A stretch of 64,000 bases of DNA, taken from an uncultured Candidatus Peribacteria bacterium (GTDB lineage: Bacteria; Patescibacteriota; Gracilibacteria; BD1-5; UBA2023). The stretch's first letter is position 1. Each line of letters opens with the position of its first letter. The notes below the pieces were generated by a model, which was not told the origin of the DNA, searched no databases, and saw only the letters and a list, made by a program, of their open reading frames with translations. Shown piece after piece: positions 34,048 through 44,037 of the stretch. Location: positions 337,874 to 401,873 of the forward strand of contig CAYZVC010000001.1 of the NCBI GenBank assembly GCA_964482035.1, given 5' to 3'. The position numbers and the translations under genes are program-made.

Positions 34048-34092
34048 CGTGTGTGACGACGTATCGGAATCCTATCGGACCCAAAACGTTCG

Positions 34093-34264
34093 CCGTATCC
34101 GGCCCCCCATTTTTCACGGAATTCCGGGAGCTAGCGCGGAATGCGGCCGCATGGGGGTTGGCGAGGGCCAGGGAAGACGCGTTCGGCGAACAAATCCGAA
34201 AAACCGAACGGCTTGTGGGAACTGAGTCCCACCGCCCAACCGAAAAAAGGTAAAACGGATACGG
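34093..34264. ncRNA. candidate structured RNA, family and strand unknown
   Basis: Nested perfect complements: 34093-34101/34256-34264 (9 bp), 34104-34110/34151-34157 (7 bp), 34180-34186/34204-34210 (7 bp), 34215-34220/34227-34232 (6 bp). Sits in a roughly 370-bp gap with no credible ORF. Confidence 0.2.
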
Positions 34265-34356
34265 GACTCTGACGCCTTTTTTCCAAGAGGCTTCCGGAAA
34301 GGGGTTGTTTTCCACTGTTCCGGGCAAGTTCGCGAACTCGATAATAACTACGAAAG

Positions 34357-34749
34357 TTACCCTGTCAATAGTTCAAGAAGTATCTTTCTATAGCGGTCTG
34401 CGTGGGTTTCGATACCCGGAACGGGTTCGAGTTCGTGCACGAGGCGGTTACGGATTTTGTGCAACTTCCAAATCTCTTCGAGACGGTTATGAAGGAGCGC
34501 CGGTTCCTTTTTCAGCTTCTCGCCGAGCGTGCCTTTGTATCCCAGGGCGGAGAGGAGATGGTCGAGAACTTTGTCATATCCGACGATCCGTTCGTTCGCG
34601 GTACGTCATTCGAGGCGGGAAATTTCGTCCGCGAGTTTTTTCGAATCTTTCGGCTTGAGACGTACGCGCGTGTGTTTCGAGAAGTACACGAAAACCGCCC
34701 CGAGGGCTACGGGTACGGCTACGATAAGGAGAATGGCGATATCCTGCAT
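34357..34749 (-). CDS. small membrane-anchored protein
   Basis: MQDIAILLIVAVPVALGAVFVYF... 130 aa, 1 TGA, TAA at 34357. Confidence 0.5.
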
Positions 34750-34852
34750 GCCCGGAGGATACCGCGCATATGCCAAATGTCACGGGTTTTCGTAAACTTT
34801 TCTTCGCGATAGGCGGATTTCGACGTATCATCGCCGCAACCACCCTCGAACC

Positions 34853-35470
34853 GTGTTCCAAAAGAAACCCATCAAGATCCTCTCGGATCCCGACAAACTC
34901 CTCGCGTACGCCGCCTGGTATTATGGAAAGTACGCTCCGCCGCTTTCGAAGCTCCGCGAGAGGCTTTTATTGAAGTCGTCGTCAGAATCCCTCGCCGAAG
35001 AAACGCTCGCGAGGTTTTCGAACTACGTAGACGACCGCACGAACCTCGAATCTAAAATTTCTTTCGCCGCAAGAGGAGGGAAGACCCTTTACAAGACGAG
35101 GAGTTCCCTCGTTATGAAGGGATTCGATAAAGACGAAGTCCGTTCGGTTTTGGAATCCGAAGATTCGTTTACCGATTGGAACGTCCGGTCTCCCGCGATT
35201 CGCAAGCGCCTTGCTTCTTTCGCTTCCAAGGGCAAGTCCCGCTCGGTGGCGCTCATGACCATCAAATCCGAATACCCGGAATTTAAAGACCTTCTCGACC
35301 AGGAAGTCCGTGAAAACTATCCCACGGATTCCGAACTTCTCGCTTCTTGTCACGGTTTGCCCGAATCGGTCCCCTCCGATCCGGTACAAAAAAAGAAAGC
35401 CCAAGACCGGTTGGTCCGGCTGGGCTTCCGATATTCCGACTTGTCCGCGTTCTTCAATCCAGACGACTAG
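34853..35470 (+). CDS. recX: RecX-family regulator
   Basis: LLAYAAWYYGKYAPPLSKLRERLLLK...FSNYVDDRTNLES...LVMKGFDKDEVRSVL fits the repeated three-helix RecX pattern. Confidence 0.6.
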   Translation: MFQKKPIKILSDPDKLLAYAAWYYGKYAPPLSKLRERLLLKSSSESLAEETLARFSNYVDDRTNLESKISFAARGGKTLYKTRSSLVMKGFDKDEVRSVLESEDSFTDWNVRSPAIRKRLASFASKGKSRSVALMTIKSEYPEFKDLLDQEVRENYPTDSELLASCHGLPESVPSDPVQKKKAQDRLVRLGFRYSDLSAFFNPDD

Positions 35471-35489
35471 CGCCGTTCGAACATGGCGG

Positions 35490-35702
35490 TTATTTCTTTT
35501 CGACCACGTTGATGACCTTGTCGTCGAAAACGACCACGTCGCCGGGGAAGATTTTTTTTGCGCACATCGTGCATACTTCTCCATTGAGCGTAGCCCAGCG
35601 GTTCTTGATGGCGAGCTTCGCTTCGCCGCCGGTTCCTACGTAGCGGGAAGCCTTGAGGAGCTGGGCGAGTTCGATATGTCCGCCGGATACTGCGAATTCC
35701 AT
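35490..35702 (-). CDS. S4-domain RNA-binding protein (YbcJ-like)
   Basis: MEFAVSGGHIELAQLLKASRYVGTGGEAKLAIKNRWATLNGEVCTMCAKKIFPGDVVVF, 70 aa. Confidence 0.65.
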   Translation of the reverse strand: MEFAVSGGHIELAQLLKASRYVGTGGEAKLAIKNRWATLNGEVCTMCAKKIFPGDVVVFDDKVINVVEKK

Positions 35703-35807
35703 GGTTTCTTGTTTACTGGTACCTACGAAAGATACCCGCAATCGTTCGAAAAGCGAGCGAAAGCGGGTATTTTCTTTATGACGTTCGGATGACGGTGAAC
35801 CGTCGGT

Positions 35808-36191
35808 TTACGCGAGGCGCGCAACGGCGAACGCCCCTACCGACATGGCGAGCGCCACGTAGGGGAAAATCTGCTGGAAGGGTTTCGAACGGGCGAACTC
35901 TTCCGCGATGGCGAACGTCCATTTGGGGAACGCGATGATGAAGAACCCCTTGGCGAGCGCGATCCATCAGAGCGTTGCGACCAGGATTTCCCTGATTGCC
36001 TGCGAATCCGTCCGGCCCGATACGATGGCTGCGCCTACGATGATGGCGAACAGGCCCGAAAGGTAGGTCAGTCAGCGGTTTCCTTCGAAATCTCACATAA
36101 GGCTTCTGAGCATCTTCTTGTCCGTAAGGCCGCCGATTCCGACGGCGAGGTAGACGAGGGCAAATACCTCCAAAATGACTGCGTCGCTCAT
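35808..36191 (-). CDS. small multi-pass membrane protein
   Basis: 127 aa with 3 TGA. Hydrophobic throughout. TAA at 35808. Confidence 0.5.
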
Positions 36192-36341
36192 AGTGGGATG
36201 GGTAATGGATACCGTTCGCATTCTAGTCTCCGCATTCCCGAATCAAGCCGAATTTCGGTCATTTCGCGAATATTGCGTGAAAAACCCATGAAAACCGGCT
36301 TCGGGACTTGCGTTTTCCCCATTTCGATTAGGATTCGGACA

Positions 36342-37685
36342 ATGTTTGACCGTATCCCGTTCCGTCTGATGCCGAAGGCTTTCCGAACCCTTTCGAAATT
36401 CCTCCTCGCTCTCGTTTTTTTCGCTTTGCCGAACCTCGTTCCGCAGGGCGTTTCCGCGTTTTCGGGAGATACGCTTTCCGGTTCGGTCCTTACCGCTTCC
36501 GGATCCGGCGTTTTCGTGTCTTCCACCTGAACCTCATTTTCGGGCAAGACCGCTTCCGGAACGTTCTTCTCGGGTTCGCTTTTGAAGCCGAAACTTCCGG
36601 TTCCGCATTTGGTTCAGACCGGACTTCGCGCGGAACATAACCTTCCGGAGGAAATACTCGGCATCGAAAGCCGTTATCCGGGGGCGAGGGTTTCCACCGT
36701 TTCGTTCATCCACGACGATTACGGCACTGGTACCGATACTGACTTCCGCCGTTCCGTAGCGCTTCTCGGCACCTGACGCGTCTACCATGTCACGATTTCC
36801 CCGTTCGGGTATACTGCCGCCCAAGTCGCTTCTGGAGCGTATGACGACTCCTACGCGCGTTTTTTCCGAACGGCTCGCGAACTCAAGGTAAAGGTGCTCT
36901 TCCGCACCATGCACGAAATGAACGGGGGATGGTACTCGTGGGCTTCGCATCCGGCCGATTTTCGTCGTGCGTTCCGCCACGTGAGCGAACTGGCTCGAAA
37001 ACATGCCCTCCCGAAAGACACGTTCAAGATGGTTTTTTCCGTAAATTCGCTCGATCTCCCCACGAAAGACGACGTCCCCACGCAGAGCTCGGCGCTCGTG
37101 CATTGCGAGCTCGACTGACCGGTTACGGAAGACATGCCGTTTTGTCCCACCTTCGAAGACTATTGGCCCGGTGACGAATACGTTGACGTAGTCGGCACGA
37201 CCTTGTACAACTGGGGCCGAGCCAAGGCCGAAAAGTGGGCCGGCTGGAAAACCGCCGAAGAAATGCTTTGAGAATACGGATTGCTCGTCCGTCTTCAGAA
37301 ATTCTGAAAGCCCGTCGGCCTCGACGAAGTGGGTACGACGTCCGCCCGTTTCAACGGCAAGTGGACGTGGGATAAAGCCCGTGCTTCGTACCTCGACAAT
37401 CTCGACGACAAGAACGCCTGGATATCGGATTTGGCGCGATACTCCGCATTCGGAGGTCATCTTTCGTACGTCGTGTATTTCAATTGCGACAAGACCTACG
37501 GACTTTCCAAACCCGTACAGGGCGAACTCGACTGGAAGGCGCTTTCTCCGGACAATCCCACCGAATACCTCTCCGCGCTCGATTTCCTCGCGCTTGGAAA
37601 CGGCAAGGGGCCGTACGCCCCAAAATGAATCAGGAAGACTTCCAAGAAGGGGTTTCAAACCGCTTCCGAAACCGCTAAAAAATAG
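36342..37685 (+). CDS. secreted GH26-like glycoside hydrolase
   Basis: Signal-like MFDRIPFRLMPKAFRTLSKFLLALVFFALP. LFRTMHEMNGGWYSWASHP matches the GH26 HEMNG.W motif. Four in-frame track fragments joined by 6 TGA. TAG at 37683. Confidence 0.65.
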
Positions 37686-37696
37686 CCCAACCCAAA

Positions 37697-39577
37697 ATGT
37701 CTCCATCCCCCGAACGCGTACTTCGGGACGTTTTCCGTCTCGAAGCCTTCCGCGATGGGCAAAAAGAAATCGTCGACGCCGTCATGTCCGGCAAGAACGC
37801 CATGGTCCTCATGCCTACGGGCGGCGGCAAATCTTTGACGTACCAGATTCCCGGCATTTGCCGCGAAGGCGTGGCGATCATCATCTCGCCGCTCATTTCG
37901 CTGATGAAGGACCAGGCGGACAAACTCAATTCCCTCGGTATCCGCGCCGAAGTCATCAACTCTACCAAAAGCCCCGGGGAGATTTCGGACGTTCTGGAAG
38001 ACATCAAGTGGTCCGAAGAAAGCGCGAAGCCCGTAAAATTCCTCTACATCGCTCCGGAGCGCCTTCGCAGCCGGCATTTCGTCGAAACGCTTTCCAACGT
38101 TCCCGTCAGCCTTCTCGCCATCGACGAAGCCCATTGCATCAGCCAATGGGGGCATGATTTCCGAACGAGCTACCTGCAGATCCGCGACTTCGTGAAGACC
38201 CTCCGTTTGGACGAGCGTGGCATTCCGCTCATGGCGCTCACTGCGACGGCGACGGCCAAAGTTCGCCTCGACATCGTCGAACGCCTCGGCATGAAGAAAT
38301 TCGAGACCTTCATCAAGGGTTTCGACCGCCCCAACGTCGCCATCATCGTACGCGAAATCTCCAAAAAGGACGCGAAGTTCGCCAAGATGAAGGAGGTCAT
38401 CCAAAAGACTCCGGGCGTCGGCATCGTCTACTGTTCGACCATCAAGCACGTGGGCGAAGTGTACGATTTTTTGAAAAAGCAGGGGATTCCCGCGGGAAGA
38501 TATACCGGCAGCGTCACGAACGAAGACCGTGAAAAGGTGCAGAACGGCTTCATGAACGACGAGTTCAAGGTCATCGTCGCGACCAATGCGTTTGGAATGG
38601 GCATCGACAAGAAGGACATCCGTTTCGTCATCCATTACAACCTTCCAGGAAGCATCGAAGGCTACTACCAGGAAGCCGGCCGTGCAGGACGCGACGGCAA
38701 GAACAGCTATTCGGTCGTTCTCGCCTCGTACCAGGATACCAAAATCCAGGAGTTCTTCATTGAGAACGCGCACCCGTCGCAGGCGGATATTTTCAAGTTC
38801 TACGACTACCTCTACGCGCCGTTCCAACCGGGCGAAGGTTCCGATACGCCCATCGCAAAAACCCAGATGGCTATGGCCAACGAATCGGGCCTGAAGAGCG
38901 ACATGCAGGTGGGCGCGATCATCCGCATCCTCGAAAAATACGGGATTCTCGAACGTGGCGGAGCGGACGGCGAGGAAGGGTTCCGCGGTAGGGGATTGGT
39001 GCTTCGGTCCGGCAGGAAAACGCATGCCAACATCGGCATCGACTGGAACCGTCAGAAACTTTTGGAAAACGATTCGTATTCGAAGCTCGAAGAGGTGAAG
39101 AAGTTTCTCTTTTCTCCGCAGTGCCGCAAGAAGCGCGTGCTCGAATATTTCGGTGACGAGATCGATGCCGAAAAGATCGCGAATTGATGCTGAGCGTGCG
39201 ATTTCTGTCTTGGGATTTCCGGTTCCGGAGGAAACGAAGACGCCGAACCGGTTCCGCTTTCGGCATACGAATTCGTGCTCGAAACGGTCGACAAGTACGA
39301 CGAAAAGTACGGTATGACCAGCATTCGCGAATGCCTCGCGGGCAGCAAATCGAAGAACGTTCAGAAATACGCGCTCGACAAAGATCGCAACTACGGAGTT
39401 CTGAAACAGTATTCGCAAGACGTCATCGAAAGCATGATGAAATCCTTGGAGAGGGAAGGGTATCTTTACCGTACGCCCGGAATGTACCCGAAGGTCGGGC
39501 TTTCGCTCAAAGGCAAGCAGGCTATCAAGGACGAAGAAATCCTCAAGGCCGACGCGAAAGCGTTGGGGAGGGGGTAA
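37697..39577 (+). CDS. recQ: ATP-dependent DNA helicase RecQ
   Basis: MPTGGGKSLTYQ, DEAHCISQWGHDFR, zinc finger IAN-[TGA]-C-[TGA]-ACDFC, C-terminal winged-helix region. Confidence 0.95.
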
Positions 39578-39639
39578 TTTTTGGATGTTTTACCGAGCGC
39601 GAGCGCTTTGTCGCTTTCGACTACGATTCGGCCTGAAAT

Positions 39640-40965
39640 CTATTTTGCGTGATTATCGATCCATCGAAGTCCGAAAAATCATTCGTGCACGGGTACTTCG
39701 ATGGGTTTCTCTATTTTCGCGTTCCGGTACTCATCTTCGGTCACGTGAAACGAATACCCCGTACCATCTTTATGGTATTTTGCCGTCACGAAGTACTCGA
39801 ACTTTTCTCATTCGCGTTTTCCTCACATGGTGTAGATGTTCGTCACCGCCATGCGTTCCGTGAATACGGGAGAGATATCCAGGGCACAATTGTAATATAC
39901 GAACGTTCACCATAGTCAGACCGCGAGCACGCATGTTTTCGCGAATCTCATCGGGAAATTAACCGGAAGGTAAAGCATTCATCACAACGCCGGTGAGATT
40001 ACGCTGAACGTTATCATGAATACATTCCAAAATCACTCGTTTAACGGCAAAAGCGGCACGTATTCGATAAAGGAAGATATTCATAACACGCCGATTGAAT
40101 ACAAGAAGGGCCAATCCATGTTCGCACGCGCGGTTCCGTATCCGTCGTTTATCACCCTTGCGAGTCCTCTCGACATTACGACCGAAGACGTCACGATGAC
40201 GAATATTCCGCTCAAAATCACGGCTCATACTATTTTCGGTACCGGTATGCCACCGTACGGTTCCCCTCATATCAAGATAATCGACGCGATAACCGCGACG
40301 GCGGTCAACGTTTTTGAAAACTTCGAGTATTTTTTTACCGACGTGTCTAACTCAACCCTGGATTTTCCTGTCCTTTCCATTAATTCTTCTATTTCCAAAC
40401 CCCTCCGACTGACGTCGAGATTGAGCATTTTTCGATAAACGTTGCTCAAGAACCGTCACGTATCTTGGTATAAGTTCAGCGGTATCTTTACGTAACGCCA
40501 ATTCACTCCCTTCAAATATAACCGCAATTCTCCGTCTATCCGATATCACTCTATTTCATCGAACTGGTACGTCGTTTTAGAAAATTCCGACACGATGGTA
40601 ATACCCGTTTCATTTACTATCAGGGCATTCTTCGGACGGAGTTTCTCGTAATAATACCAACCGAATGCCGAAAGCCATAAAGTTAGAAGAAAAAGCCAAT
40701 ATAATCCCTCGAATCCGGTAATTGCTGCGCAAGTGACGACGAATCCGGGGATCAGTATCGCGAATAGAATTCCGATGTTTTTCACGACGGCCGATGGTTC
40801 CGACTCAATCGGATACGTTTCCTCAGATTCGAATTTCAATTCGTAATCCCCATCGTCGTATTCATCGTCCCATTCTTCGTCGTACGTAGGATTTTCTCGC
40901 ATGAGAGGCATTGATGAATGTTCGACCTGCGCTGATTTGTGGTGCGTCTCCTTTCCTTTTTTCAT
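39640..40965 (-). CDS. membrane protein with acidic N-terminus, bPH-like module and multi-TM C-terminal part
   Basis: Walked codon by codon from track ORF 40546-40965 through 13 TGA to TAG 39640 (441 aa). NALIVNETGITIVSEFSKTTYQFDEIE-G-YRIDGELRLYLKG resembles a bacterial PH domain. Confidence 0.6.
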
Positions 40966-41001
40966 ATTTGATAGAGAATATCCTAAATAATCCCCATTTC
41001 C

Positions 41002-42864
41002 ATGAAAGTTTGTGAGTCGTGCGGTAAGCTTTTTGCTGATGACGCTTCTGGATGTCCTTCGTGCATTCCGAAAGTGAAGCGGGTTATCGAAAAACCGAAG
41101 CCGGTCGATTCGAAGCCGATTTCTTTCTGGAAATGGCTTACGCTCGCCAGCGTTCTTATGACCGTCGCGAAAGGCATCGCTTACGTCGCGTTCCCGACTT
41201 CATCCGTTCCGCCGTCCGCATATGGGCCACAGGTAACGCCGGAGAACTCCCGAAGCAGTTCTTCCAGAGGCGACTCGGCTTCGAGTTTCGTCGCACCGGA
41301 GGAACTTTCCGCACAACAAGCGTTCAAAGTTTCGCCCTTTAAATCCGTCGTTCTGCTTCAAACGGCCTGATTTTGAGGCTCGTCCAAAGTATCGTCTCTC
41401 GTCGGCACCGTAGTAAGCAAAGACGGTCTCATCCTTACGCTTTCGAAGCCCTTCGAACCGGCAGGTTTCGAATCGACCGCGGGTTCGATTTCCGTTTGCG
41501 TGAACGACGACGTCTCCAAATCGCCCACCTGCGGATATTCCGCCAAGGTTCTTATGCGAAATACGAAGCTCAATCTCGCGCTTTTACAGGCTGACAAGCC
41601 GCTGGACGGCCTCGTTCCGGTGAGGTTGTACGGGCTTCCCACATCCGTCGCTTCGATGACCCGCGTAGGAATTGCCTGATATCAGTACGATTCTAACGGT
41701 TTCGGTTTCGTCGCGTCTTCCGGAAAGGCTTTCATGAACGGCAACAAGGATGCCTACGACCTCGATTTCCCTTTGCGTAACGGCTACGACTGAGGAACGC
41801 TTTTCGACGCCAATGGAGTGTTCGTTTGAATCGCGAGGCCTTCGGCAGCCTCGAATTCGATTTTGGCTTCTTGAGTCTCCGCTTCGGCAATCGCCGGCTG
41901 GCTCGACCAGTTCGCAACCAAATGACCTGGGAAATATTCGGTTTCGGATTTCACATCGAAAAGCAAAATGCCCGAGGGTACCGTCATCGACGTTTCCCCT
42001 ACAGAACGTCCGGAGTTGGCGGCGGAACTCGAATGGTTGAAAACTCCCGGCCACGTTCCTTCGGAAACCGTTTCGCGAGGATTGGCGTTCTTAAAGTCCG
42101 CACCGGATTCTTTCGAGGCGAATTTCGCCGTGGCGAAAGCCCACGTTCTCGCTTGAGAAATCCAGAAGTCTTTGGGATACTTCGAAAAGGCGGCAATGTT
42201 TTCCAATGGAAATCCGAAGGTCGGAATCGCGTACGCCGACGTCCTGATTAAAACGTGACGCTCGTCGGAGGCTTTGCAGATTCTGACTTCCGCCCAATCG
42301 CAAAAACTCGATGGCGCTTCCATGGCCGATTCGTACGTCGTCGAAGCCAGCGCATACGAGTCCCTGAACAGACCCATGGACAGGTTAGTCGCGTTTAAGC
42401 GGGCACTTTTATCGGATTCGAACAACGCCGCAGCCAAATCGGGGTATGAGTCTATGATTTTTCCCAAACTTCCCGCATTCTCTCCCGAAGACGACGAGGC
42501 ATGTAAAAAGAAATCCTGAGCGTACGCAAGGGCTACCTGATTGAAAGATTCGAAATCGCAGCCAATTTGCGAGTGCCAGCCATGATCCAGGCAGGCGGAA
42601 AAGGTCCTTTATTGTTACGAGAACAGATCCGCTTCCATTACGCAGGAGGAGTCGCTGAAATTCATCCAGTACTACGTTCACGACCATTTCTCATGAAGGA
42701 ACCGCAGTTTCAAATCGTCCGACTGCGGCGCGTTGCAGAAAGATTATGCCGTTTTCGAACCCGTGAGGGGTGGATTTTCCGAGGCGGCCGTACCGAACAG
42801 CATCGTCGACGTCATCCATTCGTATTACACGAAAGACGCGATACTCACCTGTAACAAGCGGTAA
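41002..42864 (+). CDS. zinc-ribbon / TM / catalytically inactive trypsin-fold / TPR protein
   Basis: N-terminal CESCG..CPSC, one TM helix, then a trypsin-2-like fold with all three triad positions substituted (..LILTLSKPF, NLALLQAD, GYD-G-GTLFDANGVFV-G-IA). TPR-like repeats follow. 13 TGA. TAA at 42862. Confidence 0.6.
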
Positions 42865-42932
42865 CCTCCGGTTTTCTTGTCCGAAACCGCAATACCTGTT
42901 ATGATTTACGGGTAAATTCTGATTGTCGAAAT

Positions 42933-43229
42933 TTGCCGAACGTACAAGCGCTCCGAACCGATCTCATCAGCGTCCTTGAAAATCTCAGGCCGCACTTTGC
43001 GGAAGCTGATTTCCTCATTGGGGCGATACGTGAATGACTGGACGAAACTTCGCTTCTCGAACTTGCAGATTTGCTCGAATCCGCCGCATTGGCAGTGGAC
43101 GGAAAGGCCATGGAGGACAAACTTTCTTCAGCCATTCTCCTCGTTCGCGAAAGAAGGGAGATCGAAATTAAGGAAAGGAGCGAAGAGTCAGCAGAGGCGA
43201 AGAACGTCCTTGAATCCGACTTCCTATAA
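42933..43229 (+). CDS. small acidic helical protein (start uncertain)
   Basis: Frame 0 is open from 42855 and reads ...LISVLENLRPHFAEADFLIGAIRE-G-LDETSLLELADLLESAALAV...; TAA 43227 lies 1 nt before the next ATG. Possible starts are TTG 42933 or ATG 43110. Confidence 0.35.
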
Positions 43230-43230
43230 A

Positions 43231-44031
43231 ATGGAAAAACAAAAACTTCAGGAAGGGGCGGAAACCCGTTCCGAACCGAACCTCGACAAGGCGAAAGCCC
43301 TCGCAGCCCAAAATCCCAAAGCGCTTGCTGCGGCAATTAAGGCGGACCCCAAAGCAGAAGGGGTTTTTTCGCGAATCGCCGGTGGCGCTTGGAAGGGCGT
43401 GGTTTCTTGAGGAACTTCCGCCTGGGAAGGCACGAAAGCGGCGTTCGTATGAACGGGGGAGTTCATCGGCGTCGGCATCGCGAAGTTGCAATTGGAAGGT
43501 ACGGATTCGTTTTTGGACTATACCGCCGATAAAACCGCAGGCATTCGAAACGTCGTGAATATCGCGGGCGAAGCCATTGCCATTACCGCATTCGAAGCGG
43601 TGCACGGAGACCGCTCGGTAGTGGCGGACGCGGTAGAGTATTGGAAAGAAAAAGGCGTAAAATTTTGAAATTTGCCGGCAGAACGCCAAGCCGAGTTGGT
43701 TTCGAGTTTCGCTACCCAGGTCGCAATCGGCGTACTCGGTTCAAAGGGGCTCGGTGCCGTATCCAAGACGGCTACCGCCGCGAGGGCGGTCGATGCCGTG
43801 GGAACCGCCGCGCGCGCGGGTGCCGAGGTCTCCGCTGCCGCGGCAAGATCCGCGCAGACGCTTCGCGCAGCCGGTAAAATGGGCAGAGCGGCTACTTTGG
43901 AAGCTGCGGGAAGCGCTGCCGAACATACCGTTGCGGCAGTTGGAAAATCAGCCGAAAAAGTCGTGAAGGCCGGCGCGAAACTCTGAGTTACCGCCGCGGG
44001 TCTCGATACCTCCGCTTTCGCTAAAGAATAG
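43231..44031 (+). CDS. Ala/Gly-rich hypothetical protein
   Basis: MEKQKLQEGAE... Three in-frame track fragments joined by 4 TGA. TAG at 44029. Confidence 0.55.
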
Positions 44032-44037
44032 CCGAAA

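Noticed and set aside
33743-34327. 194-aa minus-strand ORF spanning the end of nth and the non-coding gap.
   Set aside because: It overlaps nth antisense and runs through the nth terminator hairpin. Its composition does not look protein-like.
34048-34356. Assigning the non-coding gap to RNase P RNA, tmRNA, SRP RNA or a tRNA (for example the expected tRNA-Gly-UCA).
   Set aside because: I found no GAGGAAAGUCC / ACAGAACCCGGC P4 strands, no T-loop with acceptor and CCA end, no SRP GGAA/AGCA symmetric loop, and no cloverleaf. It is kept only as an unclassified structured-RNA candidate.
37655-39418. 587-aa ORF antisense to recQ. Similar long antisense ORFs lie at 12757-13926 (glmS), 14573-15859 (GT4), 21760-22824 (rluD), 25740-27161 (pheT), 28649-30079 (relA), 54642-56633 (M4 protease), 57679-59184 (gatB) and 61450-62643 (ABC-F).
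   Set aside because: All are shadow ORFs opposite genes with strong family signatures. They disappear as independent candidates once the sense genes are accepted.
42899-43336. 145-aa minus-strand ORF in the gap between the pseudo-protease gene and the next operon gene.
   Set aside because: Its product is Ser/Arg-rich and low-complexity, and it overlaps the start of the plus-strand gene at 43231. The plus-strand frame 0 gives a more protein-like helical sequence that is tightly coupled to the downstream ATG.
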